64,000 bases of DNA from Macrostomum hystrix (Eukaryota > Animalia > Platyhelminthes). Made by a program: the position numbers and the translations under genes. Below are positions 34,091 through 45,605 of the stretch, piece after piece. A model generated the notes under the pieces. That model made no database searches. It had not been told where the DNA came from and was given only the letters and a program-made list of their open reading frames with translations. Position 1 is the stretch's first letter; every line of letters starts with the position of its first letter. The stretch covers positions 992,001-1,056,000 of the forward strand of contig CATNEN010000026.1 of assembly GCA_950097015.1 (NCBI GenBank), given 5' to 3'.

Positions 34091-34771
34091 AATATAATCG
34101 GAAAATAATTTATCACGCACTTTGTTTGTCACCATACGGTTGACAAAAACAACGTTAACTGGAGCTCAAACTTCTTCAAGATGTATTTATTACATTTATT
34201 ATCCTCAACAAGTTGAATATGAAACAAAAAGATTGAAAACCCAACCGTAATGTAACCGAACATGAAATTAATAAAAAAACATTATAATACACAATTAAAG
34301 AAGCAAATGACGCTGAAAATGCGAAACCCCGGATGCAAACATTAAGCGCATACTAAAAAAAAAAAACTGTCTATGACAACGCAGATAAAAAAGCAACTAA
34401 TTTGCATCCTTATCGAGATGAGGAAGGATGATCACTAAGTTGATTTTACTTTAACGAGAGAATTAAAATTGTTACAGAGAAACGAGATTTTAATTAAAAA
34501 AATTAAAAATTAAAAAATAAGTTCAATTTATTTGTATCACGCGTTCTTCAAATGGAAACATTTGAAACAATTACTATTCAGATGCAACGCTGGCATGAAT
34601 GAAAAAAGTAGTATTAGTAGTCTCCGAAACAAGATCCAACATACTGAGCATGCTAGCAAATCTGAGCATTCCAGAAACAGAAAACTGTTTAAAATTTAAA
34701 AGTAAAAACGACAATTAAAAAAAGCAACAATTGTCCACGACAACTTCTAGCCGTCACTACTTTTTATGAAG

Positions 34772-37700
34772 TTAAGCAAACCTGATGCGCTTCTGCTGGC
34801 CATGGAAATCCTGGGTCAGAGCATAGTGGCCATAGGGAAGACTTCGATTGCGGCTCAGCCATACTCGCTTGTCTTCCCAAACTGAGAGGCTTCGCTTCTC
34901 CAATACTGATGTGTAAACGCTGTGCTTCTTTGAGACAATTGTGGTCATGGCAACCGTCTGCTCCTGTTTCGAATTGAGCGCGGCAGCGTAGTCAGCATGA
35001 GTGATTTGAAGCTTCACAACAGATTGTTTCACGCCCTTGGCAGTTTTTTTGGCTTTCGCAGTTGAACTCTCAGCGGGAAGAAATGAATACAGCTTTGGCC
35101 GCAGCAGGACCCATTCTTGGTAGGTACCACCGCAGGATTCATCTTTGACGCAGCCAAGCTTGCCTTTCAGTTCCTCGGAGTAGTGCGGATGGTCTCGGGG
35201 ATAGTTCGACGAATCAAGGATATTTTCCTCTCTGAGCTTCGGGATCACATGCGATGTGAGCTCGTGATTTCTGAAGGCGAGAAAAAACGAGTCCGTGTCG
35301 CCACCGCATACCATCATGTCCTTGGAGCCGTCTGGTTCACAGAAAAGCGGCCGGAGCTTATCATACAGCAGGCTGTACATGCACATCTTCGACAAGTCGA
35401 GCACTGCCTGGCCGACGAAAATGGCCTTGTCAAGCTTTACTTTGTCTTTCCTGAACTGAAAGATGGATAGATTTTCATTTACAATAAAAACTCCGGTGCA
35501 ATTTGTTCGAGAGGAATAAGTTTCAACTTGAGTAGCGCTTGTGCAGATGCGCACATCACACCGCTTGCGCACGTTCTCCATCGTCTTTCCGAACAAAGAA
35601 TTGTTCTTTAGTTTGTAGAAATCCTTGCTAAAATCGGATGTTGCAAGTGCCCTCTTGCTATTATTGCTTGCAATGTACGAAGCAAAGATTTTCTTCTGGT
35701 TGAATTCAATCATCTTGAGAATTGACTTGATCTTCATTCCGTGCTGCAGGTAGAAGCGCAAGATGGTGCTGTGGACAATATAGCCATCCTTGTCCGAACA
35801 GGTCAGCAGAAGTTTCTCTGTTGCAGAGAACTTAAAATCGACATTGCCTGAGCGCTGCTCCGCGATTTGCTTCCACAATTCCAGCATAAACGGTGAAAAC
35901 TGGTCAACCTGCGGCTTAGATTTCTCTGGCGCAAAAGGTAATTCCTCTGTCACATCATGAATATCGGCTGGATATTCAAGGTCAACCTGCACGAGATAGG
36001 CTACTTCAGCTTCAGGATCGAGAGATATGAACTTTTTGGCGTCCCAAGACTGCAGTTCCTTTTCTGTCACCCACCTGAATCCGCTGCATGAGACTCACGC
36101 AGTCCTGCTGCTCATCATAGTCAGGCAAACTTTGGTTGTTTGCTTTAACATGGTGCACATTAACGAAAGACATGCCACCTCTAATGCCTTGTTCGAATAA
36201 ATGGTACATGTCAGGGTCTGTTAGCTGTTCGAGCACAACACCAGTTGATTTGAGAGCAGAGTCGTAAGACAGACCAGGTGTAGTTAGATAGTGCACTGGA
36301 TCGAGCCCATCTTCAGATAGACTGGCGTGACGAAATGCCTCAAAAATGTCTGCTAACTGGCGCACATCCATTTCCAGGTAGGCTAGCATGTAGTCTCGCA
36401 GACTACGACATTCGAATGCGGCCCATGCTGCCTTTGCTCGATGGTATTCCTCATCAGAAATCGCACAGTCGGTAAGACGGTTGAAAAATGCATTTTTCGG
36501 TGGCAGACTAGTCTGTTCAAGAATGTTGAACTCGGTCAGGAAATCATACGGAAAGACTCCCTTTTGGCGAATAATGTCTTTTGAAAGCAGAGGCCTAGAC
36601 TCTAGCAGCTGCAGAGTCAGTTTACAGTCGTTCTCTGAAAGATTGGAAAACAAATTTGCCAAACTTCCCTTTAGAAAGCAAAGAGAATCGATGAACTGAA
36701 TGGTAAACATTAGTGGCAGTGTCTTCCCGTTTTTTGTGTAGGTGCCAACAGGAAACTCCACCCGAAGTGATAGATAGCGCTCCGAAGTCTGTGGGACAAC
36801 ATTGAGTTTCCAATTTGGCATGCTACCAAGTGCGGTAGAAAGAAGAAGATGCAAATCGTAACCGCCCAAATTGTGAAAAATGACAGGCAAAAACCTGCGA
36901 CGAAGCTGAGCCCGCATGTTGCACTCCTGGCACGCGGCTCCTTTGAACTGCCCCGTCAGGTGATCATGGTCAAAATGTTTGTCAGCGGAACTGCTGAACT
37001 CAGATTGACAGTAGTGGCATGATGTGGCGTCATTGAAATCTTTCATGTCCGTTAGAGAAGATTTATCCGCTGCTTGGTGACTGTGCACCCGGTTCCACTG
37101 AAAGATTTCCCTGGAAAGCTTTTCAAGGGAACTGAGAAAAGCAAGGATGCACTCCTTGGGATCAGCATTGCAAAATGATTGGTACATGTCTGCTTTAGGA
37201 CGAAGTTCAGGCCCCTTCATGCACGCTCTGGAAACCACTAAGTAGGCTGCTGCACATGGCTCATGTTGAGCGATCAGATCGGCAGAGTCTGGTTTTTGTT
37301 TCAAAATGGCTTCCAGGTCGGCATAGGTCACAAATGGTGGACTGATTGTCTTCTGAAATTCCTTGAAGTTGATTTCGTTTGCTCCAGGAACAGGAAGGAC
37401 TTCCTTGATGGGATTTTCAGAAGCGATTTGGCATTCTCTGCTGTGCTCTAGAAGTCTCTCGCTGCAGTAGAATGAGGTCAAGCATCTGGTGCACCACTTT
37501 CTCATGGCAAGGCCGGCGCGGCTGTTCATCAGCCTGTCAAAGTTATTAATTGCACACCAGTGCTCTAATCCATAGCTGCCGCTGACCAACAGAAGCATTA
37601 GATGAGTTCGACCTCCTGGCTCATGCTTGAGACGACGGAGCAAGCTCACGTTACCTCGCTGCCATAGAAATGCAGAAATGCAAATTCCTGGATTGCTAGA

Positions 37701-38380
37701 CTCAACGAGATCAATGTCAGCGACACTGACGGGCATGGAGATTCCAGCGAAGTCAAGCTCGTTCAACCATTCATCGTAAGACGACAGTCTGCCAGGCGAT
37801 TTTTTTATCTTTGGATCGGCACTGTGCAATGCGGCAAGACAGGCGTACATGAAGCAGTCGTTGCCGGTACTTGGCGGATTGACGACAGCTTTCTTGTTTT
37901 TCAGACTGGCTGGGAGGTTAAATCTGGATGTTCTACCCTGGCGGAATCGAATCGGATTGTACCTAGCTAGATGTATATCCAGGAAGTTTATCTGAGTTAG
38001 TGTCCAACCACTACCATTCGTGTTCAACATGCTGCAAATCCTTTCCAACTCTTGCTCCTGTGCAACCAGCCAATCATGCAGATATTGATAGGTGGCAGTG
38101 GCATCCACACTCTTGTCAATGGTCTGCAGTTTGCAGCTGACCCACTTGTCTTCTTCTGTTAGAATCTGTCCATCCTTTATTCGCGCCATACGGATATTCG
38201 ACCTTGGCTGAACTTTATAATGGTGAATACCGATTCTTCGCTGCACTTCATCAATGACTATGCTTCCAGCCTGGACAAAAAACTCGGATGGCAGAGTGCC
38301 TGCATTATCTGGCCTCAGTCTTAATATTTCTAGCGATTCATTGAATGCTTGGGAAACTGTGCTGAGATGAACTGCCTGAC
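34772..38380 (-). pseudogene. polB: Protein-primed B-family DNA polymerase, main exon; motif A deleted with a frameshift at about 36085-36092
   Basis: ExoI YADLEA, ExoII FHNLGGYD, ExoIII YLEMDV, GIRGG, motif B KLKNNSLFGK, motif C GDTDS. The expected DxNxLY-containing segment between CVSLM and CSGFRWV is missing. Confidence 0.96.
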
Positions 38381-38560
38381 CTAGAAACGGGAGTTGCAAA
38401 AAAAACATCAGTTTTTTTCTCCCTTCACCTTGTCAATTTCTAAAACAAAACGGTAACTACCTACAGTAATCACACATTAAGTTTTAATATCCCTTTGCTC
38501 AAGCTAACTGCACTTTGCGAAACTTAAAATATTTTACCAACTTATTAATTTCCGGCTTAC

Positions 38561-38807
38561 CATCATTTTCACCTTGCTCCGAGTGACCAGTGACCGAGCT
38601 TCTAGCGCCGCTGCTTCCTGGACTGCCACCATTCAAACTGAAACCGCTGGAGCCATTGCCATGGCCGCTGCTTGACTCAAAATCTGACAGACTTCCTTCC
38701 AATGATTCCGACAGATTTGTGCACGAAGACTCAGAAAGGTCCTCCTCCGACTCGGAATAGTCAGATTCATCTGACTCGGACAAGTGTGATAGAGTAAAAC
38801 TTAGCAC
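38561..38807 (-). CDS. Acidic Ser-rich exon predicted to splice in frame onto polB (intron 38381-38560)
   Basis: Donor G|GTAAGC at 38560 and acceptor TTTCTAG| at 38381, both phase 1. The join reads ...EQGEND-G-QAVHLS; the 5' boundary is uncertain. Confidence 0.7.
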
Positions 38808-39301
38808 AAAGAAGAAGCAAGTATGCTTTGTTATTTATTTTTCCAAAGATGTAAGCTTAATTGGATCGTTTATTTTAACAAGTTGCATTAATACAGAACG
38901 AGCAATCATAGCCAGAAAACCAATTCAGTAACGCATGCATAACGAGCAGGATGTTTTTAAGCCATACTGAAAGTCAGGGGAAAATGCAACTGAAGATAAA
39001 GCAGTACAGTTATAGAGCAGAATTAGCTGACAATTCGGTTGCACATTCCTTCACCAGTCATGATCTAACCACATCTAACCTTTATATTGACATATTTTGT
39101 CATGCCCCCTCTCTTCATCTTTTCTAAAAGCCTTTTTGAAATTCAAAAATTTTAAAAAGCTTTAAAACGCATTTTCTTTCATTCTTCGCAGTCTACGCTG
39201 GCGCAGGCTCAGGTGTGAAAGATTGACATTGAGAAACAGATTGCGCAAGTGGCGCGAGATCAAGTTTAAAGTCGAAATAAAGACAAAAAATGGCATTCAA
39301 T

Positions 39302-40189
39302 TTAGACTGGTGTGACAGTAATTTTGTTGCCATCAAGCACAACAACGTAGCCAGCCCCGGTTACGTATGGTAGCAGCAGATTTACAGTAAGAGCACTTGA
39401 AATCGCATTACCACCGTTGATAATGTTGTCTTCTGGAATGCTGACTGTCGGCACTTCTATTTCCGCTAGCAGTTCGGCCAGCTCGTCCCGTGCAACCGAG
39501 CCAGCTTCAGCGGTGGAGACGGCTGGAACCGCAGCCAAAGCAGCTGGAGCATCAGGAGTCAAGGCTTCGGCGAGCGGAGTGGCAATAGCATTGCCGACAG
39601 ACTCAATGTCCATATCGCTGCCTTCTTCTTCGATCATTGGACTGTCAGGCTGAACTAACATCTGCTTTCCTCTGATTGCCGGCACGCGAGCAGTGACTGC
39701 TGCAGCAGCTCCAGTCACCACGTCAAGGTCTCCGCTGGTGCTAGGGCCGTCCCTGTCAGGTGGACGCTGACTCGTCGTCATGGCGGGCGCAACGAAGTCC
39801 TCCCCAGAGCTAACACTCTCACTTCTGGGTGCCCTTGGTCTAATAATGCCATTGATCACCTGACTCAGTACATTGGACCGTTGCTTAGCAGCGACCACCT
39901 CAGTAGCCTGTTGCTTTGCCGCAGCCATAACTAATCGGCGGAAAGAGCGCGCTGCTTCTTCGTTGCCAGGCAGCAGCTGATGCCCGCGGTGCCGATTGAT
40001 CTTGGAGTTTTTTGAGCATTTGCCAAGTCCACGGAAAGGAGCTATTTCGGAGCACTGCCAGCAGACTGTCCATCTTGAAAGATTGGTGCATCTTGAATGC
40101 CGGTCGGCCTGCAGTCCTCCTTGCTTGCACTTCTTGCAGTCAGTGCACACCTCATAGTGCCAAGTGGATGCCATTATATTTATTTTCAA
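39302..40189 (-). CDS. Polinton accessory protein with N-terminal Cys/His cluster and acidic disordered C-terminus
   Basis: CTDCKKC...DRHSRC...WTVCWQC, GHQLLP, IRGKQ; a homolog is present in the deleted element at 9986-10792. Confidence 0.7.
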   Translation of the reverse strand: MKINIMASTWHYEVCTDCKKCKQGGLQADRHSRCTNLSRWTVCWQCSEIAPFRGLGKCSKNSKINRHRGHQLLPGNEEAARSFRRLVMAAAKQQATEVVAAKQRSNVLSQVINGIIRPRAPRSESVSSGEDFVAPAMTTSQRPPDRDGPSTSGDLDVVTGAAAAVTARVPAIRGKQMLVQPDSPMIEEEGSDMDIESVGNAIATPLAEALTPDAPAALAAVPAVSTAEAGSVARDELAELLAEIEVPTVSIPEDNIINGGNAISSALTVNLLLPYVTGAGYVVVLDGNKITVTPV

Positions 40190-40780
40190 AAATTAATTTT
40201 TGCTTGTTAAACTAGACTAATAAATCGCAGCAGAAGCGTTGGATTTGGGTGCTTATGTACCCAGACCACTGCCCTGGTTTGCAATACAGACCCATTTCCC
40301 ATGCAGCATTTTGATCAACGATCAGCGTTATCTATTCCCGGCTTCCATATTATTGAGCGGTCAGTGTGAGCATGGGGTTTGTGGATTTTATGACTGTCTC
40401 GCGCAGACCTCGACCTCTAATTCAGTTTACAACTTAATTGGGGCGCACAAGCAGGTAGGCAACCACGGCTGAACCTAGCAACAGCTCCTTAACTTGGAGG
40501 TGTGGGCTTATTGTTCAGTTTCCTTTTCACAAATAGCAGGCCTTGTTTTCAATTAGGCTAAATAGATCCAACCTTATGCAGAAGCGTAGCAAATGCTATT
40601 TGTTAAGAATTCGCGAACAAATGCATAATAGAGATTAGTAAAAACTTTGCAGCACTATTTCCAATAGCTTTTGTGAGCATATTCTACCCACTCTGTTCAC
40701 TTTTTCTCTGAATACGACCCATATATTCCCAGTGACAATAAGTTATGTTAGTCTGCCTCCCTTCACTCTTTAATATCTCT

Positions 40781-40900
40781 GCAAGTGCGGCAGTGTCATA
40801 GGCACAGCAATGGGCTCCTGCACTTTCTGTGCAAGTGCGGCAGTGTCATAGGCACAGCAATGGGCTCCTGCACTTTCTGTGCAAGTGCGGCAGTGTCGTA
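40781..40900 (+). repeat. 50-bp subterminal tandem repeat containing the TIR core motif
   Basis: GCAAGTGCGGCAGTGTCATA at 40781 and 40831, and a one-substitution variant at 40881. Confidence 0.9.
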
Positions 40901-40962
40901 ACATCCCATACATCTGATTATGATTCGGTAAGCCTTAACCATTTAGCATTTGCTGTGCCTAG

Positions 40963-41929
40963 TGATAGGCGGACCCTCTCTTCCTATCCCTGCAGTGTTA
41001 ACCCACCCCCAATGCAAAGAGAGAGATAGACCAGCAAGGCAGGACCTTGCAATGACCTGCATCACAGACATCAAGGTAGCATTTAACGTTCTCTCAGTGC
41101 AGCTGCTTGGAGGTTAAATGGGCCAGCGCCAGCGAGTTCCATTTGTCAGAGGCAGAGTGACCAAGAAAATTAAAGGCTAATTAAAATGTGGGGGCTTCGC
41201 CCCCACACCCCCACACCCCCTCTACTCCTATCTCTGCTGTGTTAATCACCCAGCGCAAAGAGATAGGCCGGCCTCTCTTCCTATCCCTGCAGTGTTAATC
41301 CATCCCTAATGCACAGAGATAGGCCAGCCATTTCTCTTATCTCTGCAGTGCATTCGTTTCCTTCCTATCATTTTACATTGCTTTCCTATCTCCCCAGTGC
41401 TAATGCGGCAGTGTCATAAGCACAGTAATGGGCTCCTGCACAAACCCACCTGATTGGCCTGCATATCTCCACTGTGTAGGCCCCGCTCCTATCCTTTTAC
41501 ACTGCTTTCCTATCTCCCCAGTGCTAATGCGGCAGTGTCATAAGCACAGTAATGGGCTCCTGCACAAACCCACCTGATTGGCCTGCATATCTCCACTGTG
41601 TAGGCCCCGCTCCTATCCTTTTACATTGCTTTCCTATCTCCCCAGTGCTAATGCGGCAGTGTCATAAGCACAGTAATGGGCTCCTGCACAAACCCACCTG
41701 ATTGGCCTGCATATCTCCACTGTGTAGGCCCCGCTCCTATCCTTTTACATTGCTTTCCTATCTCCCCAGTGCTAATGCGGCAGTGTCATAAGCACAGTAA
41801 TGGGCTCCTGCACAAACCCACCTGATTGGCCTGCATATCTCCACTGTGTAGGCCCCGCTCCTATCCTTTTACACTGCTTTCCTATCTCCCCAGTGCTAAT
41901 GCGGCAGTGTCATAATTCGCCCTACTACT
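40963..41929 (-). repeat. Right TIR (967 bp = 595 + 3 x 124)
   Basis: 124-bp units start at 41411, 41535, 41659 and 41783; the terminal core is at 41907. Confidence 0.95.
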
Positions 41930-42044
41930 CAGAAATATACAGGGGAAATCCCGCTCAAAGAAGGGATCTAATAAAAATTGAAAAATTGAATTAAAAATTG
42001 AAATAAAAAGGCATGCATGCAGGCCACACCGAGCTGCTTTCTCT

Positions 42045-42500
42045 GGCTGAGAGCATTGGCATGCCGGCCAGTTTGTGAAGGTATTCGGTGCTCAGGTAAG
42101 AAGGCTGAGAGCATTGGCATGCCGGCCAGTTTGTGAAGGTATTCGGTGCTCAGGTAAGAAGGCTGAGAGCATTGGCATGCCGGCCAGTTTGTGAAGGTAT
42201 TCGGTGCTCAGGTAAGAAGGCTGAGAGCATTGGCATGCCGGCCAGTTTGTGAAGGTATTCGGTGCTCAGGTAAGAAGGCACACCATAGCAGATGCGCAGA
42301 GCAAGGGTTTAGATCTTTTGCAGCTTGATCTGGTTGGTGACGCAGATCAGAGTCAATTAAGATTGGGGCGCCGTAGGTGAGAGCACTCTCACCGTAGGCC
42401 CTGTACAGCATCCTGAGAGTGACGCTGCTCAGTTGGGTGATCTTGGCGATGCGGCACAGGAACATGACAATGGCCCGACAACGTGTTCGCAACGTTGCCC
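42045..42500 (-). mobile_element. Non-LTR retrotransposon RT C-terminal remnant with a 58-bp tandem amplification (4 copies, 42045-42278)
   Basis: LRMLYRAYGESALTYGAPIL, LRICYGA, STEYLHKLAGMPML; repeat starts at 42045, 42103, 42161 and 42219. Confidence 0.7.
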
Positions 42501-43879
42501 ATGTGTTTGTTCAAGCAGAGATTGCAATCTTAGATAAGATGGAGCATGCTCCGCAGCTCTGCTTTATAAAGGACTAGACGTGTTCTCAGTACTTTTGCCA
42601 TTTTGATTTGATCAAAATGACTAGCTTACTTTTAAATCAGCTAACTAGTTGCAACTGTTGCGAAAAAGCTGCACTGAGAACCTAAAGAACCTAAAGAGCC
42701 TAAACCGAAAGGAACTAAGATAATGGTATAGCGAATACTATGGCCATGGCACTAGGTCTAGAACAGTCCGAAAGAATTGCCGTCACTTGAGGACAGGTTA
42801 AACTAGCTACATCTTTTTCTTGATGCGGCCTCCTATTTTAACTTCACAAATATTATAAATCGGCCAATAAATTGCCGATTGGCCGAAAGGGTCAAAAGGG
42901 TCGTTGTTGCTGTTGTGAGCTGCGTCTCACAATGACCTTGCCCCTGCGTCTCTAACCCTTCCACCCCTGCCACCTGCTCAAACCAGTTCTGGCCGGCCCC
43001 GGCTTAGGCCACCCTCCTTTTTCGTTGGTTGTCGTTCGCCCATTGGCTGCCCCATGCGCCGTCCTCGCTAGTCCAATCAGGCCTCTCGCCAAGGAGACTT
43101 CTGATTGGCTAGCCGGTCTCCTTCTCTCTCTCTCTTTGCTCTCAGCCTTGTGTGTTTGCCCCCCCAGCCCTGCGTGGCTTAGCCCTACCCCGTCCAGCCC
43201 TATGCCCTCGCCCCCACCCCACGCTGTTATTTATTAGCGCGCGCTGCCCGTGGCCAGCCCCGCGCCTCCCGAGTACTATTGCGAGAACGCTGCCCTCAGT
43301 TAGAGCGAACTTAAGAGTAAACGATCAATAATAAACTACGCAGCCTGAACTACAATACTTGCCATGAGTGCCACGTTCAATCCCTCCCGGTAAAAAAGCA
43401 TTCACGAGTTATTTATTTGTCCGTGCTGAAACCTTGTTCCTCTGCCCGACCTCTGCTAGTGTCAGAAGCTCATCATCATCCTTCTCCTCCAGAGTCTTCC
43501 CTCGAGTATGCGAAGTGTCGGTACGCCTCCAGACCGTCATCCACCTCTCTCTGGGGCTGTCGAGTGGCTACCCGCTCGCAGTCAAAGTATTCAGTCCGGG
43601 CTTAGCGAGTGTCGGTACGCTCCAAGTCCACCCCGTCTCTCCTCGGAGTGTCTGGACGCCTCGAGGGTCGCTGCTTCCCCTCCCTCCACCCCCGGCAAGC
43701 TTTGGGCGGTCCGTACCCGAACCCCTACTACCGCGTTGGCGAACTGCCGATCATACCGAGGAATTACAACAGCTGCCATCAGAAGCATTAAAAACAGACA
43801 CTGCAATAATAACTTAAGCCCAAATATTTAAGAAACGTATAATTAGAATACAGTGAAATGTGGAGTTGCCACAAAATCT

Positions 43880-44500
43880 CTGAATCCACCATTGCTAGAG
43901 CGATGAACTCCATGCTTATCTCACTGAAAGTCGCCACCAAGGATGCCGACGTGAGGCTTGCTGCGAATACAGGATGTGATACAAGCGAGGCGCGACAATG
44001 CTATGATGATGACGGGACTGCCTGTGAATGACCTGGCTGTGTTTATCCTGAGACTGGCTACAACCTATGGACGAGAAGGACGCAGGGTCGAGCAAGAGTT
44101 GGCCAGCCTGTGCGACGAACGGTGGTAACGCAGAGGGGTCCCAACAGGACGATGCGCTTGGCAGTGTCATCTGACCTGGGTCTTGTCCACTGTACGCTGC
44201 AGCGAGGTGGTCAGACACGAGAGAGATTTCAGCAGTTTATTTTGGAACTGGCTAACATCATACAGGCCGATGCTCCTGGCAGACGAGTTATTCTCATTTT
44301 CGATGGTCCAAATTTTCACCAAGGGATTGAGATACCTGAGCAGTTTGAGGATCTCATTCGTCTGCAAATTTTACCGGCGTACTCGCCGTTTTTGAATCCC
44401 GTGGAGATGGCGCACAGCGCTCTTAAGATGAGATCAAGCGGCGCCTTGTAGAGCCCGCAATCGTGTGACTGAGGAAAACGTTTGCCCACCAGGCATGACA
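43880..44500 (+). pseudogene. IS630/Tc1-mariner transposase remnant (DDE_3-type)
   Basis: ETGYNLWTRRTQGRARVG, RRVILIFDGPNFH, LPAYSPFLNPVEMAHSALK; first catalytic Asp not intact, frameshifts. Confidence 0.85.
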
Positions 44501-45421
44501 CGAGATGATTGGCGATACATGCTGATGGATCGGCTTGGAAGAGAATCGCTGCATGTCATTACTCCGCACAAGATCGCAGGCTGGGAGCTCCACTGCACTC
44601 GAAAGTTTGCTCAGTGTATCAACATGCAACCCTTTATTTGAACGCTTATAACATTATCAAAAAATTTTGCACCGCTTGTTTTGTTGTGTTCCTGCGTATC
44701 CTTTTCCAAATATATAGTTTCCGACAGTACATTATTTTGTAATTTCGTAAAACCACCACTTTGTTTTCAATATGGTTCTCACTTAGCGTTAAAAAATTCT
44801 CACTTTGCTTGCAAGGCGCGTGCCCAAAAAGCTGGGCTGCAGCGAGGGGTGGCCATAGACAATTGTGTTTTTGCTACTCAGTCTCAGATTGCTTGAAAAA
44901 AGTCTCACTTAGAATGCAAAAACCAATACTTACTTGTGCAATGCTTATAAAGAAACGGATCAAAAGCCTACCCTGTACTACAAAGTTCAATGTACAAACA
45001 AACAATACCAAAATATAGACCTACATCTAGTCTATAGTATACCTTTTTGCGTTCTATTTGGGCTTTCTTGCGAGCCATTTGGGCAGCGCAGGCAGTGGTG
45101 AGCGAGACTGGATAGTCACTTGGCGACACCATAAAATGCCGAGAGAAGCGCCGAGAGACCAATTTTTGTAATGTCCAAAAAATCTTGTCTTTGGTTGCCA
45201 TGGCAACGCTTTTCACTTCAGTACATAGACGGCCAAGTCTTTTACATGTTTTGCAAAAAACCGCATCCAACTGGGCAAAAGCGGCAATCGTTAAAAGTTG
45301 AAAAACGTGCTTTCCTATCCCGACACGTTGGTTACATCTTATCAAGATTAGATATCGCATCCGTAATGACCAAGAGAAAGACTCGCTTACGCTCGGCTTC
45401 CTCTTGGCCATTACTGGCTCA

Positions 45422-45605
45422 CTCATCCCAACTAGCTACAGCTTTTTCTTGATGCGGCCTCCTATTTTAACTTCACAAATATTATAAATCGGCCAATAAA
45501 TTAACAGATGCACAAAAGGGTCGTTGCTGCCATCAGAAGCATTAATAACAGACACTACAATAATAACTTAAGCCCAAATATTTAAGGAACGTATAATTAG
45601 AATAG
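45422..45605 (+). repeat. Direct repeat of 42802-42910 joined to 43773-43850
   Basis: Shared CTAGCTAC...TTGATGCGGCCTCCTATTTTAACTTCACAAATATTATAAATCGGCCAATAAATT and GCTGCCATCAGAAGCATTAA...TAATTAGAATA. Confidence 0.8.

Larger units (their letters stand above)
25017..41929 (+). mobile_element. Full-length Polinton/Maverick (adintovirus-like endogenous viral element), 16,913 bp
   Basis: AGTAGT...ACTACT termini, 6-bp TSD CAGAAA (25011-25016, 41930-41935), long TIRs, and INT, penton, MCP, protease, ATPase and pPolB genes. Confidence 0.98.

Noticed and set aside
44968-45426. 152-aa ORF as a gene or transposase fragment
   Set aside because: No recognisable motif in any frame.
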